Of a stretch of 64,000 nucleotides of DNA, positions 1 through 12,500 are shown piece by piece. The notes below the pieces were generated by a model. It was not told the DNA's origin. It saw nothing but the letters and a program-made list of their open reading frames with translations, and made no database searches. Position numbers and translations under genes: made by a program. Source of the stretch: Trichoplax adhaerens. Lineage: Eukaryota; Animalia; Placozoa. The stretch spans positions 1,512,202 to 1,576,201 of the forward strand of contig NW_002060946.1 in assembly GCF_000150275.1 (NCBI RefSeq), read 5' to 3'. How positions within the stretch are numbered: the first letter of the stretch is position 1; every line of letters starts with the position of its first letter.

Positions 1-3000
1 GGATATGGAGATCCATGAATATCATAAGGTGAGGACGCCCTTAAATCGATTGCTGATGATGGTCGTAATGGTGAATCAGTACCTCCTCCAGCGGCACTAG
101 AACGACCACCTGCATATCCATCATAACCTAGAGGATCATGTGAATGAGCCATTCGAGCAGAATAATCTGCTTGAATCTCTTGCCTTTTCCTATGGATGCG
201 ATACGAGCGATCTTCATCATCCGCCACAGAAGCATAATTATTGCGCGGTGATGGCGATCGATCATAACGATCTAAAGAGCGATCTCGTCGACGGTAATAA
301 CCATCATCATCATCTCGTCGCCTTGATCTATAGCGATAGTAATCGTCATCAAGATCATGATCGCGAGAACGATGACGACGATGATAGCCTTCATCATCAT
401 AATGTTGCAGGGAATGATTGCTATCCCGACTTATTGAACGATCATCATCTGATATACGACGTGTCCTTTCATGGCTATGCCGTGATATATCGTCATCTCC
501 ACGATCATCACTTTTTGTGCGGTCTGATAAGTTGCTCGTTCTTCGACGGCTACTGGGCCGATCATCAGTATCATCAATTTCTACTCCATCTTCTGTTCGT
601 TCACGCAATCGACGACTACCTCGTCGTTCAGGTTTTTGCTCTTTGGTAACTTGATTTCGACGCTTTCCGCGTGGGCTTCCATCTTCATGATGTTTAGCTA
701 ACAATTCACTTGCTGCTTCCACTTTCTGCCGTTGTTCTATAAATTTCATCAAGATAGCAAATTAAAACAACTGAACTCCTTGGATAGCAAAGCAGTTATT
801 ACCGTGAAAAGGATTAATTCATGTTATAATAATGAGAACTTTAATCGGGATAGCAAACTAAAACGGCTGAGCTCCTTCGACAGCAAGCAATTACTGCTGT
901 CTCTATGATTAACCCAAATTATAAGAACATCCGTGAAGGAGACAACNNNNNNNNNNNNNNNNNNNNNNNNNNNNNNNNNNNNNNNNNNNNNNNNNNNNNN
1001 NNNNNNNNNNNNNNNNNNNNNNNNNNNNNNNNNNNNNNNNNNNNNNNNNNNNNNNNNNNNNNNNNNNNNNNNNNNNNNNNNNNNNNNNNNNNNNNNNNNN
1101 NNNNNNNNNNNNNNNNNNNNNNNNNNNNNNNNNNNNNNNNNNNNNNNNNNNNNNNNNNNNNNNNNNNNNNNNNNNNNNNNNNNNNNNNNNNNNNNNNNNN
1201 NNNNNNNNNNNNNNNNNNNNNNNNNNNNNNNNNNNNNNNNNNNNNNNNNNNNNNNNNNNNNNNNNNNNNNNNNNNNNNNNNNNNNNNNNNNNNNNNNTAT
1301 CTTTATCAATACTTAAACTTCTCTCATTCGCTTCCACACTGGACTTTTGTGATTTTTATCATCAGCGGCTGATTCAGGTTTTTCCTCCTCTTCATTGATA
1401 TTTGAGCTATCTGCCTTTGAGTCTTTCACTTTTTTGCTCTCTGATTTTCGTGGTGGGATTTGCGGCGGTACTTTACCATGTTTATTAGGGGAATCTTTAT
1501 TAGCACTAGACTCTTTATTGACTTTATTTTTGGAAGTAGGGGATTCATTAGCCTTTTTTATATCATTATCATCCTTACTAGTTTCTGGTGTAGGAGCAAT
1601 GGTAACTTTTTTTAAGGGTTTTTTACTCTTATCACCAGCATCTTCTTGATTGGGAACTGCTGCAAAACTTTTTAATTTATCCTTTCCTATATTACTATCA
1701 GCTATATCAGGCTCATTATCGCTATCCAATTTTCTTTCCCAAGGTAAAGAAGCTATTTATGAGTAAGGCACAGACTTAGTACGACCATCGATCGAATTTT
1801 AAATTATATATTACCGGTATAAGTACTCTCAAATTAAAAAAAGGAATGATTGTCTCATATAATATAAAAAAGATCTTTTCTATTTAATGTAAATTAGGTT
1901 TAAATAAATTGATCTACTTAGGAATTTCTGATTATTTGCAAAGAACAACAATACAATCTATTTTTGTTAATCTAATTATTAGTAGGCTTATTAATCAAGA
2001 ATAGGACTTTTTTTCTATACTGTGCATACGTTAGGTATACATGTATAAATAAAGTGTAATGAATCACTGACCATTGGCATACGTGAATAGTATTAATATA
2101 ATTTATAATCTGTTTCAGTATAGCTCTTATAAAACTAATATCGATATTGACATACGTTAACATAGCAGTATATTTGCCATCAACATAGAAGAAACTGATA
2201 ATTAATCTCACTAGATAAATTATCCTTTATATTAAATACTCGTATAGGCTTCTGTTGACACCATGCGTAATGAACATATAAAACACTCTATTAAATTGAG
2301 GCTCCTCAAAATTTCATCTCTTTCCATTACTAGAATGACTACCAAATCCTAAGTTTACAAAATCAGTACTCTTACGTGATTTGCCTCGAGGACTTTCATT
2401 CGAAGGACTCCACGAAGACTATTTTGTGTAAAAAAGATGAATAATTATTTGAAGTCAAGATATAACAAATATTTTTATGTTACATGTTGATAAAATTAGC
2501 GTCATAGGACACTTCAAATGTTTGAGCAACTCACGCTTGTATCCCAATCGGAATCCTCATCTAGATATGGGAAAAATTGATAGCATAAAAAATTTGAGAA
2601 AGATTAAATTTCCTTCAATTAATCTCAGATATTGAAGAATATCTGAACTCTATATTTTACTGGTACAAAACTCATAATTTATTAATAGTACGAGACCTTT
2701 TTGGGGCCTCGTCGCACTATCTTTCAGTTCATCCTTCTTATCCGATAAAGTAGACGATGATTTAGACATTCCACCAGTATCTCCCCTCTTAATTTCATTC
2801 GAATAGGATACAGACAATTTTTCATGTCCTTTAGCACTTGAACTGCCATCTGTTGAATCACTTTTAACAACAGTTAACGGTAATTTCTCCTTTTTATCGG
2901 ATGTATTTTCCTCTATATCTGGAATGGATAAATCGCTGCCAATCAAGCTTTCGTCATCATCATCTGACAGTGTCGCCTTAGATTGGCCAAATGACGAAGA

Positions 3001-6000
3001 GCTTTTTGCCTTTTTGCCACTATTTCCTTTATCCCATTTTTCAAGAGCATCTAATACGTCATCGTCATCCCCACTCATGATACCCGCTTTTTTGTGGCTG
3101 CTTGCACTAGGTATATACCCACCCCCATCATCGCTATCATCGTCATCTATAATGAAAAAATACCGTAAAAAATTGAAAAATTTTATAGCCAAATACAATT
3201 TGTGAAATAGTCAAGTGAATCATTTAAGTTGCTGTTTATTTTCTAACCATCATCGAAATTAATATCTGAGAGATTATCTTTATCGGTGGTGTTTTTCGCC
3301 TAGTTGCATTCAGCGATAAGAGAAATATTAATCAGTGAAATTTTCCTTAGTAGTATCAATTTTAGGAAGTAGCTAAGTAATTAAACAGCTAAACAAAAAA
3401 CCTTTGGCTCTTCAACTGGTTGAGGTAATGGCTTCGATTTTGTCTCTAAATCGGGTCTTATGGGCCTTTTGGGGAGTTCTGGAGGTTTTTTAACTTCTGG
3501 GGATGAATCTAAATCAGATTCACTACGTTTTGAAGTTCTACTCTTTACACCTGATGAAGATCGCCTTTTGGAAGTATCCTACCAGGATAACAATATTGTT
3601 AGTTAGAGCATAATTGAAAAGGATACATACAGTAACTGGCAGATTTTACAAGATATTAATACTATATACACCCATACATATACTCGTATATGTAGTCTGG
3701 ATAAAAAAATAGCAAGATTATGATTATTAATGTCAGATATTGATATAATAATATTAAGAAATTCTATTTATCTTACAATATATAGTATGCAGAGAAATAG
3801 ATAAAATCTTTGTGAGTGATTTGGATAAACTGTAAGTAAAGACTAGCTACATTACAAATGGCTATTTTCCATTTTTACTATAAACTTACAGCCTCAGGAG
3901 AAGAATTCCTATTGCTCGATTCTGCATCAACATCATCACTATTGCCTAATCAACCAAGGGTAATTGCGAAGTATAATAAAAGTTTAGCCAATCATTCATG
4001 ATTAATCATGTATCTATTATGTTAAAATTCGTTACCCGATCTTGCTTTAAGTAATGATGCCAAATTAGGTTTTCTCTACAATTTTAAATTACGTTTAAAT
4101 CGTCATATTAAGTTATCGTTTCCGAATTGGATTAAATTCTTGTAAACTATTCTAATAAGAGAGCATACCGCACGCGGACTATCATCTTCTGAGTCATTCC
4201 ATGTATCACCAAGGGACATTCTGAAGATATTAAATAAGTTAAAGAATTTTGCTGTCAGTTTGAATACTTCCATCGAAAATGATTCTTACTTATAGCCGCA
4301 AGGTAGGCTAGCATCTTTGTAGTATATATTAAATATAGAATATTTTTAGCATATCGATACATTGTGATTGTCAAGGATACTTACTGGCTAGAAGAATCAA
4401 AATTTATCGATTCGTCTTCTATAAAGAAATAGATAGAATATGGTTTAAATTTATGTTGTCTATGTTGTTTTTGAGGCAGTAAATTAGTAGGCTATCATTT
4501 TTAATTACTTGAAAAACCCGCGCCAGGGCTTTCTTTTCTCTCAGCTTCTTCATTTTGATCATCACCACGTGGCGTTTCGTCATATGCTGGCGGCTCTTGT
4601 TCCCGAGGCTTTAGTAGAGCGGCACAACTAGATGCGTAGGATTAAATACATGTATTAAGCATTACTTGGCCGGAACACTATACACGAATTTCCATAACAG
4701 AATGCAGTTTTCGTCTTATGAACACTAACCTTTCTTGGCCGTTTTCTACTGCGTAATCATATGCACTTTTACCTTCGGTATCATTAAACTCTGTGTATAC
4801 GTTATTATCTAATAAAATTTTAACAATATCTGCATGGCCATTCTTGGCAGCCAGCATGATGGGTGTGCTAAATGAAGATACAAATATAAATAGTTTGCTA
4901 TATTATCTACGCAGCACATTTCAATACCAAAAGAATATCACGGAATAACTGTTTTAGGTACTAATTACAATGTGAGATTATCACAAAGGCAATTAAGTTA
5001 TCAATTTCTGCAAATAAGATAATCTAACCTCCCTGCATTAGTAACGTTGTCTAGATTAGCCTCTCTCTCCACTAGAAATTCGATAAAGTCTTTGTGACCT
5101 CGTTCTGCAGCGAAATGTGCCGGTGTCATATTATCCTAAGATTGACAAGAAAACGGTTTCAATAATGTACTTCTACGAGGAATAGACTATGTGCATTAGC
5201 CATTCGCTCGGAATTTTTGAAGTTGTAGCAATGTTAGAAGAGGATATGACTATGAGCATAAGAACAAGCTTAAAGGAAGTCGATAAATAATAAAGAACAA
5301 GTTTAGGCTATCATTTACGCTGTCTTTGAGATCTAGACGAGCTCCTCCATCACTTAAGGATCCACCAATAATAGTATCATTATTTTTAGCAGCTGTATGA
5401 ATTGGAGTAGAACCAAATTTGTCTCTAACATTTGGATCAGCATCTGCATCAAGTAGATGATTAACGCATTGCTTGAACATGCCAGCAACAGCCTAATGAT
5501 AGGGATAAATTGGATAAGAGAACACACATTATTGACTATACGGTACATTTCTCTAGAAAAGTGTGCTAATATAAAATACTCTTTCTCCAGAGTGTACGTT
5601 ACTGATTTGTGATTTAATAATAAAATTATCGTTGGAAATACTAGTCCTACTCGAAATATCAATATTACACGATAACAGATAATCTTTAATCTATTCACTG
5701 GAAGTGTAATCTAGTAACGCACGTATCCGAATATTAATTAACGTAATTGCCATCATTGAAGTATCGACAAGTTAATGTCATAAAATGAACATAACTAAAA
5801 TTAGAGGAAGATAGTATTTAAGTTGATGATGGCTTATGAACCTGTTTTACCATTCTACCTAGCTGTAGAAGACTAGCTAGAAATGGATACAACTATACCA
5901 TGATAGATGTGTTATAAAATCATTCAAGAAGTTGTACTTACAATATGCAATGGCGTTTGCAAATTCTTATCGATGATATTAGGATCGGCACCATTTTGCA

Positions 6001-7178
6001 AAGCCCAGCCTACTATAGCACCGTAGCCACCGTTACAAGCCCAATGGAGAGGTGTTCTACTGCTCAAAGTACCAATTATATACACAAACACACACACACA
6101 GATAAAAATAATCCCCATCAATCGATTCTTCATAATAAGGATAAATAGCAATAATCACTTATAGTTACACCTGTCAAGTTCTATTATTATGGTGGAACTT
6201 TATTAGTCTATCTATCCAATGAAGAGGTATTCTACGATTCAAAGTAACGTTTATCCATGCACATAGACACAAAGTCATATATACTCGTATCAATCAATCA
6301 ATTTACCATAACCTGGACATCTATAGCGACAATCACTTATGATTGCACTTATTAAGGCTATCATTATGGTGGGAGTTTATTAGTTTATCCAATGGAGAGG
6401 TGGTGCTGTACTCTCAAAGTAACGATTATCCATGCACAGATATGAAAATAATGCATATCAATCCATTCTCCAGAACATAGATATCCATAGAAACGATCAC
6501 TTATGATTGTACAAATCAAGTGCGACTATTATGATGAAAGTTAATTAGTCTATCTAATAGAGAGATATTCTACTACTCAAAGCAATGATTATTATCCAAA
6601 TATTATACGTAAATAATCCTCATTAATCAATCCTTCATAACATGAATATGTATAAAGGCAATCACCTATGATTGCACTCATCAAGTGCTCTCATTGTGGT
6701 GAAAGTTTATTAATCTATCCAATAGAGAGGTGTTTTACTACTCAAAAATACAGTAATGATTATCTTCAATCCATTCTCTATAACATGGGTATCCATCGAA
6801 AAAAGATCACTTATGACAACGTTAATGAAGTGTTCTATGATGATGAGGTTTTAATAACCTCTCTTCTTCTACCTCATCCCCTAGATATCAAAGTTATCTC
6901 GCTGCTTGATAGCTCGCTAGATTGCACTATCGAGTAGAATTGATCTCCTTATCGATGACTTACTTGTTTTCTTTATCCAATTGGTTGACATCGCTTTTTT
7001 TAGCTAATTGCTTAAATTTGATTAAGTCGCCATTGTGGGCAGCTTTATGTAATTTGGGCAAATCCTTGATCGATGCGGTGGATAAATCTTCACTTTCGCC
7101 TGGTGAGGATGCGGTCGATCCTTTCGAGTGTTCCTTATCGCTCTTTTTCGACTTGGGTCTAGATAAGAATCGTTTCAT
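1..7178 (-). CDS. ANKRD26: ANKRD26-like ankyrin-repeat protein (multi-exon, 3' end beyond the left edge)
   Basis: Exon 1 7178-6964 (MKRFLSRPK...KLHKAAHNGDLIKFKQL...DKEN). Ankyrin exons ~6059-5942 (TPLHWACNGG..GADPNIID), ~5492-5320 (DPNVRDKFGSTPIHTAA), ~5135-5029 (TPAHFAAERGH), ~4867-4730 (TPIMLAAKNGH). Then many small S/D/K-rich exons (e.g. ~3146-2693, ~1730-1317) and an open R/D-rich exon 736-1. The N-terminus and ankyrin layout resemble recalled ANKRD26 (MKKIFSK..GKIHKAA..DKMNRTALHLAC); the orthology is tentative. Confidence 0.7.
947..1297. other. Assembly gap (351 N)
   Basis: Run of N. Flanked on the left by a degenerate ~97-bp direct repeat (gatagcaaa(t/c)taaaac..ctga(a/g)ctcctt, ~753 and ~850). 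Confidence 0.99.
6041..6860. repeat. Degenerate ~170-bp tandem repeat, ~5 copies, filling intron 1 of the ankyrin gene
   Basis: ccaat(g/a)gagagg..ttctact.ctcaaag units start at ~6041, 6216, 6389, 6554 and 6719; they share aatcacttat..ttg and tttattagtctatc blocks. Confidence 0.9.
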
Positions 7179-8902
7179 TTTCGATCGATTTCCAAGAATC
7201 TCCTCATCAACCTTTTCAACGCCTCAACAATCATCCAATCGATCGTCGTTGACTACTATCAATCGATGATGAACTTTATAACATTTCAAATTAAATGACC
7301 AAAAGCTTGTTGTGTAACTTTCTCGACAATCCTCCACTTATTGTTTTATCAATAGTAATTGAATGCTTGAATGTAAATAAAACAAAAGTTAAAGAGTGAC
7401 GCTACTGACCGTTATATTACGCTTGCGCACTCTTGCCTGAGCTAAGCTCCATGGTTGCCAACCTAACGTAGGTAGGTTATGAGGATACAACTTGAGTCAT
7501 TTCTGTACAGGCAGTTATTGTTCTTTCAAAGTCGAAATTGGAAGAAATATCAATTTAGACTACAGTACTACCATGATTTGGCCTAGCTTAGGGATAGAGT
7601 TTAGCCGTTGATTCGGATTTGGTGGTATTTTGGACACGATTTGGGTCGGTGTCCTCGCTTGACGTCGACCCCATACGATACTATACTGTACACTGTACAG
7701 TATACATTGTGTAGCATACTGTAACACTACAGTATACTGCCATCACGCTACACATTGCGTAGCACTGTAGCATACGGTATGCAATACACGCATGGCTGCC
7801 ATCACCATTAGGAGTTGATGACAATCATCGAGATTGAATACCTCTCATAGGAGGACAACTATCGAGTACATCGAAAGTAAAAAGCCTTTGCTGTATACTG
7901 CACTGTAATTTATTCCTTTGACCTGTATGATCGAGTCCCATACAATCGCTTCATTCGATTCATTTCGATGGAAGAAAGTCTACCTCTTGCACAATTTTTG
8001 CGCTTTGATGCAAACTACTGCCTTCGACGATTATTCCTATCTACAGGGCCAAAATGGATCAATGATAAGATGAATATGCTGTCAGAGCTGTGACAGCTAT
8101 TCTCCATGTTGTGTTTTTTTTTTTAATTTACGTGAAAGTCCCTATTATAAAGGTTTTCTGATGGCTTATAGTTGTTGTTAATATAAGCGTCCATAAGGTC
8201 CGTATTGTTTCAAGCGGGTAGACTAGCAACAGCTCATTACGCTTGCGCGATGGAGTTGTCCCGAAACTTGTATTACTGGTCATCAGACACCGGTTTAGCA
8301 TCGATGGAGCTAGTTCAGCGATTGCATGAAAATTCCACCCACTACTGTATAAAATTAAGACTGGATGATTGCAACTTGATCATGAAGGCTATACAACTCA
8401 TATGTCACTTTTACTATACAATCGGATCCAAAATAGACAAGTATTTTGGATCGATTTTCAGTGGGTGGAATGAACATGCTGCGGTAACGAGTTCTACGAG
8501 GAAACTGTTTTGAAAATGGTTCAAAGTTTACCGTTGCACTGGGTGTGCATTCAGGAAAAGTGCAAAGTGCAGATGGCTGGACTTCGCTTGTTGTATCCTC
8601 TCATCTCGTTCTCTTGAGTTACAGTATAAGGCAGTTAGTTAACTGTACTCTAGTAAGCTTCAATACCAGTTCATCCTGTCGCTTGCGCTAACAGTGTGTT
8701 CTTCTTAACGCAAGTTTGGCAGTGTATCACCATCACTTCAGGCCTGTCTTCCACCACTTTATAGTAAAATATACAAAATTTCGTTGGCAAGGAGCTTTCA
8801 AATATATTTTTTTCTCCAGCCTGTTTGCCTCTACGCCTCCGCTTCAGTTTGCACTCTAAGCCGTATGAGTATTGCATCAACAAGCAGCGTAGGAAGTACA
8901 AT

Positions 8903-9315
8903 ATTGTGTAAAATGAGTCGTCATACTCACACATCGCCATCCTTGTTTTTCACTGTATCTTCTTATCCACCGTTGAGACAAGTAAAAGCCCACTAGGTGA
9001 CATCTTCTTTGCACACTATCGCCTAACCAACCTGGGCACACAGTATGTTGGGCCAGCGTACAATACATAGTACTGTAGCTGACTCTACTCCCATGTCCCA
9101 CGGGTACTGTATTGTGCAAAATGAGTCGTCATGCTCACACATCTCCATCCTTGTTTTTCACTCTATCTTCGTATCCACTGTTGAGGCAAGAAAAAGCCCT
9201 CTAGGTGACACCCTTCTTTTGCACACTATCGCCTAACCGACCTGGCACACAGTATGCTGGGCACAGCGTACAATACATAGTACTGTAGCCTACGCCCATG
9301 TCCCACGGGTACTAG
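8903..9315. repeat. Tandem duplication (2 x ~208 bp) in the ALDH1L promoter region
   Basis: attgtg(t/c)aaaatgagtcgtcat..ctcacacatc...cccatgtcccacgggtact at ~8903-9110 and ~9111-9315, high identity. Confidence 0.95.
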
Positions 9316-9511
9316 GCCCCGACCTACCCTGGCATTCTTCCCTTCTCATGCGTTGAATCCTTCATCGTGTGGTGTTCTTACTTTCATTTAGGGAAAAACT
9401 CCTGCAAAATTTCAATTGAAGTAAGTCCAATCGATTTTAATCTACTTATTCATGCATAACCATAGGAAAGGAATATTTAACTGTATTTCTTGATGGTGAT
9501 AGTATTACAAG

Positions 9512-12500
9512 ATGCTGTCTGCCAATCAACTTGTGAGACGGTTTGGTACCAGCACTGTGGCCAACTCTCGCTTGAAATTAGCCATTATCGGTCAAAGTTT
9601 GTTCGGTATGGAAGTGTACAAGGTTTTGAGGCAGAATGGCCATGAAGTAGTTGGTGTATTTACTGTGCCAGATATTGCTGGAAAACCCGATCCATTAGCT
9701 GCTCAAGCCCAACAAGATGGTGTTCGTGTATTTAAATATCCACGATGGCGAAAAAAGGGCCAAGCAATACCTGAAGTCTTGAATGAATATAAAGAAGTTG
9801 GAGCCGATTTAAATGTTATGCCCTTTTGTAGCCAATTTATCCCCATGGATGTCATCAATCATCCCAAGCATGGCTCGATAGTTTATCATCCCTCCATTTT
9901 GCCAAGACATCGCGGTGCATCAGCTATCAATTGGTAAATTGATCATAGCAATGACATAATCCTCTTTTCATTTTCTCTTATTAACAATTTATTCGCCTTG
10001 ATGAATGATCACTTGACTGCAAATAGAACACATGGATAATCATAGTCATTGTTTTTTATCAAAGAATAACAGATACTCGACCACACTATTTCCATCCCTA
10101 GCTATTTTTATTTTTGAGGTGTTAATTCTACACGTAAAAGTGTTTGCTTAAAACAGATGTGGCAACCACTTTGTGTCTACAGTATAAAAGGGATGCGTAG
10201 AGAATACATTTCCACTACCGGGCTAGAGCCTGGTACGAGTATTGTAGGCACGGGAGATGGTGCGCCAACCCTATAGGGCTAGTCTTCATCGACGGTAGTT
10301 AAAATGTTGCCACCAATCAAAGAATGCATACTGCATCATCAGTATTCCATACAGGTTAATCGTACAACGCTCAAGTCATATTTTTTATCGCTTTACATAA
10401 CATAGCCATCAGCAGGATGATTAGTCTTTTAATCATCATCGTTAAGCCAATACCCTATCACAGGATAGTGCTTGAACTCTAAAAGCGTAGTCTTAACCTG
10501 CAGTAGTTCGTTAATATGTTGCCACCAAGCAAAGAACGCATGCTACATCATCACTATTCCAAACAACTTAATCAGACAACGCTATAAAGTTATTTTGTTA
10601 TTGCTTTACATGACATAGCGATCGGCAGAATGATTTGTCTTGTAATAATCATCGTTACTTAACCTTAAGCCAATACACTGTTCACGCGTAGGGTTTTTGC
10701 AAGCTGGAATAATCATCGGCTAAATTACATTTTTATCTCTTTATTATTTATATAATTATCTACTGCTATCTACCCGTATGATTTGAATTGATCTATCAAT
10801 GCTGCCTAAACCCCCACCTGAATAAAAATTCCACCACATTGGAGCATTAATTTTTTTTATTTAACTTTAAACTTTAAAGTGTCCAATATATTGAAACCTT
10901 TATAATTCAACAATGTTGTTGTATACAATCCGATTTGACTAGCAATTGAATGTTGTACTCTTTTCTATCAGTGCAATTTTTACATCATCTACAAACACTT
11001 TACACAATCATATTTAACTACGACAATTCTCAACCTTTCTGATTTAAAGATAACGTAAGGATTTTCAACTGATACTGCCGCAACTTAAAATATGCTTGCG
11101 CTTGTTGATTGCTATGATTTTAGTTTTAGATAATTAAATTATCACATTACCTCACGTGTTTCGTCGAACTCCCAATTCGAATCAATGTTCTCATATTCCA
11201 TCAGCAGATATTCTGTTGCTAATTGACGATCTTTCATTCGCATAGTAAGTTAATGAACTGTGACGTAATATCTGTAATTTATTCCACAGCAACATGTAGC
11301 AGTTTGGTCTCAATTACAACTCAAATAAATAGACTGTCATTACAATTATTACTTGTTGCATGCATAAAATGCTAGTCAAGACTTAGTCTTTAATGCAAAG
11401 CAATACAGTCACTCGGCTACCTATAACCACGATGACCCTACCATAACTTAATTGAACTCGAACGAAATTGTTAAATTAGTGTGATTATGGTACCACCCGC
11501 TATTCACTGCGAAAAAGAATTTCACAATTTATAATTCTTTCCAATAGGACAATCATGGAAGGTGATCCGAAAGCTGGATTTACAATCTTTTGGGCTGATG
11601 ATGGCCTCGATACAGGCCCAATTCTTCTACAACGGTCAACTGAATTGTACCCTAATGACACTGTAGATACCATTTACAATCGTTTCCTATATCCTCAAGG
11701 TATTAATGCTATGGTAAGTTATGAATACTTATAATGGTATGTCCCATTGCTGCTATCCTTGCTTAACAAATTACAAATATAGCATTACTAACTTCGCTTT
11801 TTTCACGAATTTTTTTGAAAACTAACTACTGTACTTGCGCTAAATAGCTACAATATCATACTGCACTTATCCCATGAAATCCTACCCTCTATTGTATTGC
11901 TCCTTCTCTTTTAAATAGAGTTAAGTTAACCATAATGTATTAATAATCTGTATTTTTCTTCAAGGCAACTGCGGTAGATTTGGTAGCTACTGGCGATGCA
12001 CCCAGAGTAACTCAGTCAGAAGAAGGAGCAACATACGACAAAATGTGGAAAGACAAAAGCGTTGCAAAGGTTAATAATAACTCTTTTTGTGAATGATTAC
12101 TTTCCATGAAGAATAAAGCAGTAGAAAATCTCTCTAGTAATTTAAGATATATTAATAATGCTTTATATGCTCTTATTGTAAATTTAACAATCAGATCAAT
12201 TGGGATCAACCTGCTCAAGTACTTCATAATTTCATTCGCGGAAACGATAAGGTTAGTACTGGAAAATGGTTTCACGGTATTAGTAAGCAATTTATCAGAG
12301 ATGGAACAGCTTGCACTATTCAAGGATAGCCGTGTATTAATTATACTTATTCTATCTGTAGCTACCGGGTGCTTGGGGAACGATTGAGGGCCAGGTATGA
12401 ATTAGCAGATTTGGCCTGTCGTAAGAGAAATCATATCTAGTATATAATATATGAGTTAATCGAATCATTATTTTTCGCGGTCTAACGCTTTCCACATCTA

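Noticed and set aside
140-654. His/Asp-rich plus-strand ORFs (169 aa and 78 aa)
   Set aside because: Antisense shadows of the GAT/CGT-rich minus-strand exon 736-1.
824-1372. ORFs composed of X residues
   Set aside because: Artefacts of the N gap.
7447-7465. RFX X-box-like CCATGGTTGCCAAC upstream of the ciliary-type ankyrin gene (similar TTCCATGGTAAC near 19399)
   Set aside because: Only half-site matches to GTTNCCATGGNAAC; too weak to call by eye.
7790-8900. Moderately GC-rich stretch with short ORFs (8205-8513 +, 8671-8940 -)
   Set aside because: No recognisable motif or consistent exon chain; may be regulatory or decayed sequence. Needs BLAST.
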